From Candidatus Nanoarchaeia archaeon (GTDB taxonomy: Archaea; Nanobdellota; Nanobdellia; SCGC-AAA011-G17; JACPNG01), in assembly GCA_028714095.1 (NCBI GenBank), contig JAQTMY010000001.1:2147-66146 (forward strand): a stretch of DNA of 64,000 bases, in the 5' to 3' direction. The notes beneath the pieces are model-generated. The model was not told where the DNA came from, ran no database searches, and saw only the letters and a program-made list of their open reading frames with translations. A program made the translations under genes and the position numbers. Every line of letters begins with the position of its first letter. Position 1 is the stretch's first letter. Shown one piece after another: positions 36,111 through 45,202 of this stretch.

Positions 36111-37280
36111 CGCCCCCGTACTTAGGAAAAAGGGATAATCCACGGAAAAATCCACTTTTATTTGGCCGCCACAAGGAGCTCCACAAGGAAGATTTTCTCC
36201 ATAAGTAATCTAAACCAATAATAAAATTTATCCATCCTTAGTTGACGGGGGCGCGAATATAATTAAATAATTTCATTATAAATCATAAATAATAATTGGG
36301 GGGGGGTTGTCCATGATGAAAATATTATCTGAAATTCTGGACAACCCCAACCTTCTCCGCGCCTGTTCAATAAGTTCTCAAGTAAATTCGATTTACCTTG
36401 AGATTAGATTGAACAAAGAGAACTGTTATTTATCTCATGCGCGGGACGGAACTGAAGTCTAAAGAGGAACCATTTTTCCGCGACAGCGGAATTTTTCGCC
36501 ACCCAACGATAAAACTCCGTCTGGCTTCCTGGTTTATGTAGTTATTGTTAAACATCGGGGATCGTTCGTCGAACGGGTGAGATCCTAACACAGAGGAAAA
36601 TACTGCATTCATATATGGGTTCCCTTCCATTGTGTTGTTAAAACTCCTGCAAAAAAACATCCCAGGATTTTAACATTTGTTGTTAATATGGACCTTGGAT
36701 GCGAAGGTCGGGTTCCGAATCAAAGTAATGGAAAAAAATTTAAAAATCCTTGCAGGTCAGGTCAGATTTTTTCCTACTGACATTCCTCTCCAGTTACCTG
36801 GGGCAAGGCCTGTCTCCTTAACCCTCTGAGTACAGGACAGGGTTTTAATAAGGCCCAGAGAGAGTCTTAAGTTGCAACACATCAGGGTCTTATAACGAAC
36901 TCAGCTTTTTGAGTTCAATCAAGATAGCAAGAACTAAAGAAACCTCTTAGTTGAAAAATACTTGCTACTGCTACTTTTTTAGACGACTGCAACCTGCAAG
37001 GATTAATGGACTGTGGCCAACTATATTTTAATAGTCGAGAATCCAATGGAGCTCCGAGTTCCGCTTTGCTCAATAAGGCACTAAGAGCTCTGTCATTCTT
37101 TCCAATTACTATACTAATCATTACAGATTGGATCCATATAGCCTAACAGTCCAATTTTATTCTAAATAGGTTTTCCATCTTTTTCCACATAACGTAGAAA
37201 GAGAATAATAGAAAAAACTAATATAGATTCTTAATCCAAAGACACTTAAGCCAAAAAAGGCTTATAATTTTTAATAATTA
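36111..37280 (-). ncRNA. Putative large structured non-coding RNA (~1.15 kb), family not recognised
   Basis: GC-enriched intergenic region tiled by nested inverted repeats, including a perfect 13-bp helix (36745-36757/36992-37004), 11 bp (36303-36313/36338-36348) and 9 bp (36111-36119/36245-36253). G-U pairs and a GUAA tetraloop favour the minus strand; TATA at 37302-37309. Ends are estimates. Confidence 0.62.
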
Positions 37281-37301
37281 ATAAATTCTAAAAAATCCTA
37301 G

Positions 37302-37309
37302 TTTATAAA
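37302..37309 (-). promoter_or_regulatory. TATA box upstream of the putative ncRNA
   Basis: Minus strand reads GAAGAATAAAA-TTTATAAA (purine-rich BRE-like, then TATA); no plus-strand gene lies to its right. Confidence 0.55.
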
Positions 37310-37311
37310 TT

Positions 37312-37881
37312 TTATTCTTCAATAACAGTTCTATCAGGCCTTTCTTTAAAAACCTGTGCCTGAAAAGTATAAACCTCACATTTTTTTTCTTTCCAGGTAT
37401 TTTCCAATAATCCAGCTTTTATGCAAGTTTGTTTTAAAAATTCTTCACTATCCCAATTATGTTCTTTAGCCACTTGCGGCAATAATAATCCAGAAAATCC
37501 CTGACATCCAACAATTAAACCATCTTTTCCTATTTTTATTTTTTCTTTATATCTTTCAGGTCTTACTTCTAATAAATCAGGAACAGTCAAAACAGAAATC
37601 TCAATTGTCAAATCTTTTAATTCTTTTTCTGTTATTTTTTTAAATCTGGAGTCATGAAATGCGGCTTGTCTTGCCATATCAATTATTACTTTCCCTAAGT
37701 TCTCATAAGGTAAAACCAATCCGATGCATCCTCTTAACTCTTCCTTAACATAAACCGTAACAAAAGAACCTTTTTTTTCCTTAAACAAATTAGTATCTAG
37801 TTCTTTGCCTTTAAAATAAAACTCAATGGACTTTCTTGCAATATCAATTAATTGTTTTCCTTGATCTAAGGTATATTTCAT
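37312..37881 (-). CDS. AMMECR1-domain protein (AmmeMemoRadiSam protein A)
   Basis: FVTVY...ELRGCIG, AAFHDSRF, IEISVLT, GLLLPQVA.EHNW..EEFL..TCIKAG. Confidence 0.93.
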   Translation of the reverse strand: MKYTLDQGKQLIDIARKSIEFYFKGKELDTNLFKEKKGSFVTVYVKEELRGCIGLVLPYENLGKVIIDMARQAAFHDSRFKKITEKELKDLTIEISVLTVPDLLEVRPERYKEKIKIGKDGLIVGCQGFSGLLLPQVAKEHNWDSEEFLKQTCIKAGLLENTWKEKKCEVYTFQAQVFKERPDRTVIEE

Positions 37882-38150
37882 TTCATTATAGCATCGAACT
37901 TACTATTAAATTCTTTGATTCTATCTTTCAATCTAGAAACAGCATCTTTAAGTGCCTTTTCAGGCCCTTTTGAATCAACAATAAAAATAACCTCATCTTT
38001 AAGTGTATGTGGAACATTATAACCAGCTAATTCTACATTCTTATCCATCCATAATTCCTTTCTTAATAAATTGCAGAACGTATGGGTTTCTCCCTTAATC
38101 TGAAACCTCATCCTGTCATCCTTTTTGTCTAATAGTTTAAGTTCCATCAT
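37878..38150 (-). CDS. rpoL: RNA polymerase subunit L (Rpo11)
   Basis: IKGETHTFCNLLRKEL, AGYNVPH. Confidence 0.9.
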   Translation of the reverse strand: MMELKLLDKKDDRMRFQIKGETHTFCNLLRKELWMDKNVELAGYNVPHTLKDEVIFIVDSKGPEKALKDAVSRLKDRIKEFNSKFDAIMK

Positions 38151-38211
38151 CCATTTTCATAAACAACTATTTTTAAATGTTTCTATAAATACATATAGAT
38201 ACTTTATCAGG

Positions 38212-38236
38212 AAAAAAGAGCTAGAAGTCTAGCTCT
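38212..38236 (-). terminator. Hairpin plus U-tract terminator
   Basis: Minus strand AGAGCTAG-ACTT-CTAGCTCT followed by TTTTT, about 40 nt after the stop of 38278-38511. Confidence 0.65.
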
Positions 38237-38277
38237 CCAAAATTATTAAAAACAAGAAGTTTTGGTGGAACAAAATC

Positions 38278-38511
38278 TTATTTTTTTAAATTCCGGCCAG
38301 TTAGTTTGTTCAAATCTCTTTTTGCTCTAACCATAATGGGGATTAGCCCAAAGAGAATAAGGACTAACCCAAAAACAAAAGGAATAGAGAAAGGAAGTTT
38401 ATCATAAGGATGGGGTTCAGCTATAAAACAGACTATCCCTCCAATCACAAACATTAGGAAATAGATCCAATCCCTATAAGCCCTCCATAGAACCTTGAAT
38501 ATTTTAAACAA
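38278..38511 (-). CDS. Small two-TM membrane protein
   Basis: TTG start preceded by SD GGAGGTGA; two hydrophobic helices; downstream terminator. Confidence 0.7.
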   Translation of the reverse strand: MFKIFKVLWRAYRDWIYFLMFVIGGIVCFIAEPHPYDKLPFSIPFVFGLVLILFGLIPIMVRAKRDLNKLTGRNLKK

Positions 38512-38624
38512 AATTCACCTCCTCTGAGGTTTTCCTTTATCAAAAGAAAAAGTTGCATATATGTAGCTAAAGGATCACCCCATTAAATTTAAGATTTAAA
38601 ACAAAAAAACAATCAATTAGGAAT

Positions 38625-39251
38625 TTATAAGGTTTCCTTAACTAGTTTCCAGACACAAACGTCAACAAAATAGCTGTTTTTTCTGTGAAATCCAAACATC
38701 TTCTTTAAGGGAAATTTGACACAATAAACAGAACTAATCCTAAACTTATTATCTCTTGAAAAAGCATCCACAAACGTTCCAGAAGTAGACTTATGAAAGC
38801 TGTAAATAATCTTGCTTAGCTTCATTGCTCTACTTAAAAATTCCTTGTCAATATGTTTAGTCTTAGTCCCAAAAGGAGGATTCTCAATAACAACATCAAC
38901 CCTTTCATTAAAATCATTAATATCCTTATTGACAAAAACACAGTTCAACTTAAAATCCTTTAACCGTTTTTTATTTTCCTTTGCAGTCTTTATTGCTTCT
39001 TTGTCTTTGTCAACTAAGTAAACTTTCTTTGCTTCTAATAATAAACAGCCAAAACCCAAGATTCCATTTCCGCATCCAAAATCCCCAATGACTTTATTTT
39101 TAATGTCCCCATTCATATAAGCTTCCCATAAAATTCTAGCCGCAATCTCAGAATTAGTTTGGTATTGTTCTAAAGAAATATCAGGATTTTCAAAAGTTTT
39201 TAGTTTAGAGAGAATGATTTCAAGGTCCTTCTTGTTTTTTATTTTTTGCAT
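38625..39251 (-). CDS. METTL5-family RNA N6-adenine methyltransferase
   Basis: LEQYQT, DFGCGNGILG, NPPFG, FHRK. Confidence 0.92.
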   Translation of the reverse strand: MQKIKNKKDLEIILSKLKTFENPDISLEQYQTNSEIAARILWEAYMNGDIKNKVIGDFGCGNGILGFGCLLLEAKKVYLVDKDKEAIKTAKENKKRLKDFKLNCVFVNKDINDFNERVDVVIENPPFGTKTKHIDKEFLSRAMKLSKIIYSFHKSTSGTFVDAFSRDNKFRISSVYCVKFPLKKMFGFHRKNSYFVDVCVWKLVKETL

Positions 39252-39708
39252 CTAAGATATCACCAATAGTCAGCCCCTTATCCCTGAAATTAATATCTTC
39301 TTTTGTTTTATTAATCTTTTTCTTATCCTTATTTTCCTCTTTAAGATTAATCTGCAAAAATTGTTCGAGTTTCCTTAGTAAAACATCAGAAGGCTTTAAC
39401 TGCCCGCTTTCTAATCTATGAATTGTTCCCTCCTTTTCAGCCAAGGCCAAAGCAAGTCTCTCCTGTGTTAATCCTTTTTTCTCCCTTGCTTTCTTTATCC
39501 TAAAACTAAAATCCTCAGCCAGGGTTTCTCCCTTATTATCTTCTTCATCAATGTAAAGAGAATCAATCTTCCTAATGACCTCTTTCTTCTTTGGAGCCTC
39601 TATAACAGTTCCATATTTGCTGCAGGATTCACAAACTTCTATAACAGAACCCTCAACAATAACCTTGTATAATTCTGAATCCCTGCCACACATATCACAG
39701 ATTCCCAT
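39220..39708 (-). CDS. mbf1: Archaeal multiprotein bridging factor aMBF1 (Zn ribbon plus HTH)
   Basis: CDMCG...VEG..IEVCESCSKYG; IKKAREKKGLTQERLA, LTIGD. Confidence 0.92.
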   Translation of the reverse strand: MGICDMCGRDSELYKVIVEGSVIEVCESCSKYGTVIEAPKKKEVIRKIDSLYIDEEDNKGETLAEDFSFRIKKAREKKGLTQERLALALAEKEGTIHRLESGQLKPSDVLLRKLEQFLQINLKEENKDKKKINKTKEDINFRDKGLTIGDILDAKNKKQEGP

Positions 39709-39761
39709 ATTTCATTGTTATTAATCAAATTTTAAATAATTTACTATGCTGTTTAATATAT

Positions 39762-40445
39762 TTAACAAACACTAGGCTTTTCCTTGAAGTGATTACATAT
39801 AATAGGCATAACCTTGTCTGAATCCATCAATTCTGGAAATACATCGTTTCCAACCACCACAGTGGGATATTCCTTAATATTGTAGGTTCTTGTTAAGATC
39901 CCTACTAGGGGTTCATCCTGAAATTCAGAATCTATGGAAAATACCAGTAATTTTTCTCCAAACAAAGTCTTTAAGTAAGTTAAAACATAAGACTGGGTTG
40001 AACAGTCTTTGCACACATCATCATTAGCATAAAAGTATAAAACAGACACAGTGTCTTCATTACATACTTTTTCAGATTGCTTGTTCAAAAGCCAGTACTT
40101 AATTTGGGCCAATAAATAATCTCTTTTAAGAATTTTATAATTTGCCACACTAAAATCATCATCACCTGTATAATCTTCGATCTTGACTCTTAATTCTTCA
40201 AGGTCAGAGACACTCTTTGATAAAGCTTGGGTGATTCCTTCGCATACTCCCTCTGTTTTCATAACATCAATGAAAGCATATTGTAATTGCAGACTATCAT
40301 AATCTAATCTTTGATTATCCATGATATCAGACAGATAAACCTCTCTTTGTTTATTAAAGGAGAATCCAACCAGTAATCCAAGCAAAAAAACAGACAAGGT
40401 AATTACAAATGCAATAAGATATCTTCTTCTTTTTATGTGTCTCAT
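39762..40445 (-). CDS. Membrane-anchored protein with C-terminal thioredoxin-like domain
   Basis: N-terminal TM; VLYFY...CKDC..Q; YNIKEYPTVVV (cis-Pro loop). Confidence 0.7.
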   Translation of the reverse strand: MRHIKRRRYLIAFVITLSVFLLGLLVGFSFNKQREVYLSDIMDNQRLDYDSLQLQYAFIDVMKTEGVCEGITQALSKSVSDLEELRVKIEDYTGDDDFSVANYKILKRDYLLAQIKYWLLNKQSEKVCNEDTVSVLYFYANDDVCKDCSTQSYVLTYLKTLFGEKLLVFSIDSEFQDEPLVGILTRTYNIKEYPTVVVGNDVFPELMDSDKVMPIICNHFKEKPSVC

Positions 40446-40449
40446 TTTC

Positions 40450-41706
40450 TCACCATTTCTGTACTTTCCCGGTCATTAAATCGAAAAATACCCACGCCCA
40501 TGACATTAATAACAAAAATGCATATATAAAAAAGTATCCAATCAAGGGGATGTAGTTAAAAGCAGATAGTTTCTCATCATGACTTTTGTATGAAAAGTAA
40601 ACCATCCCCATTAATATTAACATCATGGCAACAATCAAGAAAAGATTCATAAAATCAAGGTCTAAAATGGATTTTCCCTTAAATATTGTATTCATAACAG
40701 CAGGAACATCATAATTTATCGCTCCAATATTCTTAAGCTCCTTTGCAACTGGTATCAATACATAATTATAAAGAGAAATTATCAAAACAACCAGGGAAAT
40801 TATTGCTGCAAATAAAACAGTAGGTAGGTGAAATAATCCTAAATCTCCATAGTCCAGATTAAATAACATTTTTCTATATTTAAGAACATTTAACACCGAT
40901 CCTTTATACCATCTGTTTCTTTGCTTAAAAAAAGTCTTAAGGTTGGGCGGAACTTTTGTATAAACAACAGCAGTCAAAACCTGGACAATTTTGTAATGTT
41001 TTTCCTGTAGCCTTAAGGCCATCTCCAAATCCTCAGTAAGATTATTCTCGCTAAACCCGCCAACAACATCAAAAAATTTTTTCTTGTAAACACTAAATGG
41101 ACCAGGAGCAACGTGACAGCAATCCAGATGAGTGATTAGTTTTTTTGCAAAATTATTTGTTATGTATTCGCACCACTGCAGTTTTTCTAAGAAATTATTT
41201 GTATTTTTTACCCTCATTAAAGGCAAGACAACAGCTATTCTTTCGTCTCTTGAAAAGACAGGGAGTATCTTTTTAAGAGCATCAGGTGAAACTGTACTGT
41301 CAGCATCAAGAACAACAAAAAATTCCCCCCTTGCCCTGCTGAGGGCATTATTCAAGGCAGAGCCTTTTCCAGCATTTTTCTGATTTATTAAATAAATGTT
41401 ATACCCTTTAGCTCTCTCAATAATCTTTTTCATAACCTCTTCAGTTCTGTCCTTTGAGCCGTCATTAACAACAAAAATCTCAAAACAATTTTTTGGATAA
41501 TGCAGATTTAACAATGAATTCACCGTTTCTTCTAGAGTATCCTCTTCATTATAAGCAGGGACAGCAATGGAAACAAACGGATAACTCTTAAGTTTGCCAT
41601 TCTCTTCTTCTATCCCTTTCTCAAAGAAAATAATAAGCCAGAAAACAATAATAAACAACCCTATGAAATAGGTAATCCACAAGATTAAGGTAATCACTGA
41701 AATCAT
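40450..41706 (-). CDS. GT2 glycosyltransferase, cellulose-synthase-like
   Basis: VPAYNEE, VNDGSKD, GKGSALN, LDADS, TEDLE, QRNRW (QxxRW), C-terminal TMs. Confidence 0.92.
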   Translation of the reverse strand: MISVITLILWITYFIGLFIIVFWLIIFFEKGIEEENGKLKSYPFVSIAVPAYNEEDTLEETVNSLLNLHYPKNCFEIFVVNDGSKDRTEEVMKKIIERAKGYNIYLINQKNAGKGSALNNALSRARGEFFVVLDADSTVSPDALKKILPVFSRDERIAVVLPLMRVKNTNNFLEKLQWCEYITNNFAKKLITHLDCCHVAPGPFSVYKKKFFDVVGGFSENNLTEDLEMALRLQEKHYKIVQVLTAVVYTKVPPNLKTFFKQRNRWYKGSVLNVLKYRKMLFNLDYGDLGLFHLPTVLFAAIISLVVLIISLYNYVLIPVAKELKNIGAINYDVPAVMNTIFKGKSILDLDFMNLFLIVAMMLILMGMVYFSYKSHDEKLSAFNYIPLIGYFFIYAFLLLMSWAWVFFDLMTGKVQKW

Positions 41707-41708
41707 AT

Positions 41709-43172
41709 CTACTCCCTTATAACTTTCCAGACCTCAAGCCCATTATCATTGTAAACCTTCTTAAATCTCTCGCTGTATTTTAACAAAAATAATAATCCTT
41801 CTTCATCTCCCTCCCAAAGAGTCTCTTTAATGGCTTGGTCAAATAAAATATAATCAACATTATATTTATCCAGAAGCTTCATGGCAGCATTTAAGTCCCT
41901 TGTATTAAACAAAGTTTCAGAATCTTTGTATCTTTCTTTTGAATCTGGGGCAAATATAAAATCCGCATCCATAACAACCGCCCTATTAGCTAATCCAGAA
42001 ATCCAGAATCCTCTCGAGTAATGTGAAAAAACAATGACTTCAGGGTCACTTAAACTTTCAAAATCATCAAGTCCTTTAAGCATACCCTCATTAGGCAAAT
42101 AAGTTCTTATCTCATTGACATATGATAACCCTGAAAAAAACAAACCCATGATTAAAACAAAAATTGAAAATTGTTTTATGAATTTACTTTCAAAATTAAG
42201 TTCAAATAAGTAAAATATTCCTGACGCAACAAGGAATGAGAACATAAATATAAAATAAAATAAGGTTCTTATTTCAAAGAAAGAAAGAATTAATAATAAA
42301 AATACTGCAGAATAAACAATCAGATTATTGTATTTCTCCCTCCAGAGTCTTATCATCCCCAAAACAGATAATATTATTGCAAATATCCCTAATCCAAACT
42401 TTCCTCCAAGGTCAGAGACAAAGTTCTGCATGCTGTACCTTATTCCTTCCTGCTGTATGAAAAATTCAAGACCAAATGGAAAAATTCCTTTTATCAAGTA
42501 TAATACTATTGAAACCAGTATTATTATTGGGATTATAAACCACCTTGTCTTGCTCTCCCTAAACAAGTATAATAAATATAAAAGCAATAAGGCAATTCCA
42601 GGGACTATGCTGAAGAAAAAAGACAGCAAAATAAAAATTAAAGATAATATTTTCTTGTCATACAAAAGCAACAAAAAAGCAATCAATCCAAAAACAACAG
42701 GGAATACATAAAGATTTGATGTTGAAAACAGATAAATAAATGTAGGTGAAAAAATTAAGATCAAACCAACAATTAATGAATCTCTTACCCTTAATTTTAA
42801 TTTTCTCAAGATAATATAAAACAAAAGCACAGATACCAATCCAAGAACAAAGGGCAACATCTTTGATGACAAAAAATAAGTAAATCCAAAAACATGGCTG
42901 AATAAGTAAATTATACTGGGATATAAATTAAATATTATGGTTCTGCCAGCATAGCTTAAATTATCATGAATATTTAAGGGAGTTTCAGCCAGTCTCATAT
43001 AGTGATAAGCCTCCCCTCCAATTAGCAGATTACTTTCTCTTAAAAAATTAGGCAGAGCAATCATTAAGGAAGCAAATACCAGCAACAAAAAAACTAAAAG
43101 TATCTCAACATTTTTTAGTTTTGTATACGGCGGTTTCTCCTTCACTCCATGCCTTTCTGAAACATCTTTCAT
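41709..43172 (-). CDS. Multi-pass membrane protein, GT-C/STT3-like (start uncertain)
   Basis: GGEAYHYMR after TM1, DNLSYAGR, about 12 TMs, C-term FSHYSRGFWI, YNVDYILFD. Confidence 0.7.
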   Translation of the reverse strand: MKDVSERHGVKEKPPYTKLKNVEILLVFLLLVFASLMIALPNFLRESNLLIGGEAYHYMRLAETPLNIHDNLSYAGRTIIFNLYPSIIYLFSHVFGFTYFLSSKMLPFVLGLVSVLLFYIILRKLKLRVRDSLIVGLILIFSPTFIYLFSTSNLYVFPVVFGLIAFLLLLYDKKILSLIFILLSFFFSIVPGIALLLLYLLYLFRESKTRWFIIPIIILVSIVLYLIKGIFPFGLEFFIQQEGIRYSMQNFVSDLGGKFGLGIFAIILSVLGMIRLWREKYNNLIVYSAVFLLLILSFFEIRTLFYFIFMFSFLVASGIFYLFELNFESKFIKQFSIFVLIMGLFFSGLSYVNEIRTYLPNEGMLKGLDDFESLSDPEVIVFSHYSRGFWISGLANRAVVMDADFIFAPDSKERYKDSETLFNTRDLNAAMKLLDKYNVDYILFDQAIKETLWEGDEEGLLFLLKYSERFKKVYNDNGLEVWKVIRE

Positions 43173-44604
43173 CTTTTGTAAATTCCACCTCCTCTAAATT
43201 ATATAATTCTTTTGTTCTTCTGGTAACATAGATATAGCTAACAAAATACTTGTCTGCAAGTGTTTTTGCCTTAACATCAGACTTTGTTGTATAAATCTCC
43301 ATTAGTTCATCAAATCTTTTATTGATGTTCTTTGCATATAAGAAATTTGTATCAATTAAATTTTTCCGTTCTGCAATAGATGATATATAATCCCCCTCTT
43401 CATATGAACTTAAAATTTCCCCTGTGTCTGCTTCGCTCCTTAACCATAACAAAGCATTGTATTCCTCGTCGGTTATCGTATGGTCCAGCGTATTGTTTAC
43501 AGCTATCAAACTTGGAATAACTATGCTAAGGAACAGTAAAATAAACAACCCTTTCTTGATTAACTCAAAATTGCTTGAAAATTTTGTTATATCAAGATAC
43601 TCAAAGAAAAGACTGTATCCTACAGAAGAAAATATTATTATTGAAATTCCAAACAAAACCAATCCAAAGTCAGGCCTTACAAGCCTTAATATTAACAATA
43701 TCAAAAGAGTCAATCCAAAGCTTGAAAATAAAAATATATTCTCATCTTTTTTCTTCGCTATCCCATGATATATTCCATATATCCCAAACAGAATCGGAAT
43801 AAGCCCTAAGCCGAATATAACCTCGATGACGCTGAACTCTGCAAAGTAGGAATTTAAAAGCGTTGTTGGAGTATTCTGCCAGAAAACACTCAATCCTAAG
43901 TTAAGCAATGGCTTCTTGAATATAATAAAACTCATCAAAAAACCAAGGAGTATAGAAAATACCAAAATTTCTTTTTTTACTCTTGCTATTTTTAATGATT
44001 CAGATCTTGCCAATAACAAATAAATTACAAACAAAAAGATTACAGCAAAATAATAAAGATTTATTAAAGGCAATAAGAACGCCAGTAAAATAAACTGGTT
44101 AAAGTAAATGCTTTCATTAATTCTCATAAAGCAGTAAAGCATATATAAAATTAAAATTATGAAAAACAAGCTCTGAGATAGATTATTAAAAAAAGTGCTG
44201 AATAACAAAGGCATAAATCCTGCTGAAAAAGCAGCAAACAAAGAAGATCTGTCATCATTGCAGACTCTCTTTGATATTAAAAAAACTAAAATAACCAAAA
44301 AGCTTGCAAGTATTTCTGGTATTACTTTAAATGCAAAATCCCCGATTACAAAACTCAATCCGGCAAATATGAAATGAAAAACAGGCAGTGCATACAAGCT
44401 TCTCCCTGAAAACGATAAGTCATCTGTAAAACTAAAATCTCCTGACTTTATGTCTTCAATATTTCTTATGTTTAGGTAAGCTTCAGAATCAGAATAATAT
44501 GGTGTCTGATAGGCAAAATACAATCTGAACGCCAAAGTTAAAATAAAAATAATTAATAAAAGAGTCTTAACTCTCGGCTTTAATTTCTGGATTTCCTCCC
44601 TCAT
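43105..44604 (-). CDS. Multi-pass membrane protein, GT-C/STT3-like (paralogue of downstream gene; start probably ATG 44604)
   Basis: AFRLY...DSEAYLNIR, DDLSFSGR, about 12 TMs, ALLWLR, LSSYEEGDYI, YFVSYIYV. Confidence 0.7.
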   Translation of the reverse strand: MREEIQKLKPRVKTLLLIIFILTLAFRLYFAYQTPYYSDSEAYLNIRNIEDIKSGDFSFTDDLSFSGRSLYALPVFHFIFAGLSFVIGDFAFKVIPEILASFLVILVFLISKRVCNDDRSSLFAAFSAGFMPLLFSTFFNNLSQSLFFIILILYMLYCFMRINESIYFNQFILLAFLLPLINLYYFAVIFLFVIYLLLARSESLKIARVKKEILVFSILLGFLMSFIIFKKPLLNLGLSVFWQNTPTTLLNSYFAEFSVIEVIFGLGLIPILFGIYGIYHGIAKKKDENIFLFSSFGLTLLILLILRLVRPDFGLVLFGISIIIFSSVGYSLFFEYLDITKFSSNFELIKKGLFILLFLSIVIPSLIAVNNTLDHTITDEEYNALLWLRSEADTGEILSSYEEGDYISSIAERKNLIDTNFLYAKNINKRFDELMEIYTTKSDVKAKTLADKYFVSYIYVTRRTKELYNLEEVEFTKDERCFRKAWSEGETAVYKTKKC

Positions 44605-45106
44605 TTTCCTTTGTTTTTTCAAGTTCCTTTATCTTTGATACTAATTGATCTTCAACAATGTCAAAATAATCATAAAATTTTGGTGCTAAATCTATTATCC
44701 TTGTTCTCCCTTTTTTCTCAGTCAGGATAAATCCCTGGTCCTTTAAGAGTTTAATATGGTCATAACCTCCATTGCCCCTCATCTTTATAATATCTGACTG
44801 CAAAACCGGCCTTTGGTAGGCAATCAAAGCTAATGTATTCATTGTGGAATTATCAATTTCTGTAGTGTCCAGTAATTTTACAGTTAAATAATTAAACTCT
44901 TTTTTTATGCTTAATTTGAATTTTCCGTTTTCTTCTAAGATTGTCAAAGAGCCTTCGTTGTTTTCATATTTCTTTTTTAATTCTTCAATAGCATCCTTAA
45001 CAAATCCTATACTCCCTAACTCAGCTAATTTTGCTATTTCTTCTATGTCCATAAACCTTCCAGTTGTGAATAAAATAGCTTCTATTCTCTTTACATAATC
45101 TTCCAT
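44567..45106 (-). CDS. scpB: Segregation and condensation protein B
   Basis: IEAILF, TLALIAYQRPVLQSDIIKMRG, GRT, KFYDYF. Confidence 0.92.
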   Translation of the reverse strand: MEDYVKRIEAILFTTGRFMDIEEIAKLAELGSIGFVKDAIEELKKKYENNEGSLTILEENGKFKLSIKKEFNYLTVKLLDTTEIDNSTMNTLALIAYQRPVLQSDIIKMRGNGGYDHIKLLKDQGFILTEKKGRTRIIDLAPKFYDYFDIVEDQLVSKIKELEKTKENEGGNPEIKAES

Positions 45107-45202
45107 AAGAACAAGATAAGGAGAGATTATTTAAAGTTTTCTAAGGTAAATTGTTAAGGTTAAACACTCTGAGGGCATAACACCAACTATATCCAATTAA
45201 CT

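Noticed and set aside
36430-37121. ORFs 36430-36660 and 36915-37121 as protein genes
   Set aside because: Short, atypical composition, no recognisable motif, and they overlie dense nested helices better explained by RNA structure.
36111-37280. Identification as RNase P RNA, SRP RNA, group I/II intron, rRNA or hammerhead ribozyme
   Set aside because: Only isolated partial look-alikes (GAGGAAUGUC, GGCUUA, GACUAU/AUAGUU) in the wrong order or context; no SRP helix-8 motif, no group II domain V, no CUGAUGA/GAAA core, no interrupted host gene. A covariance-model search is still needed to exclude divergent members.
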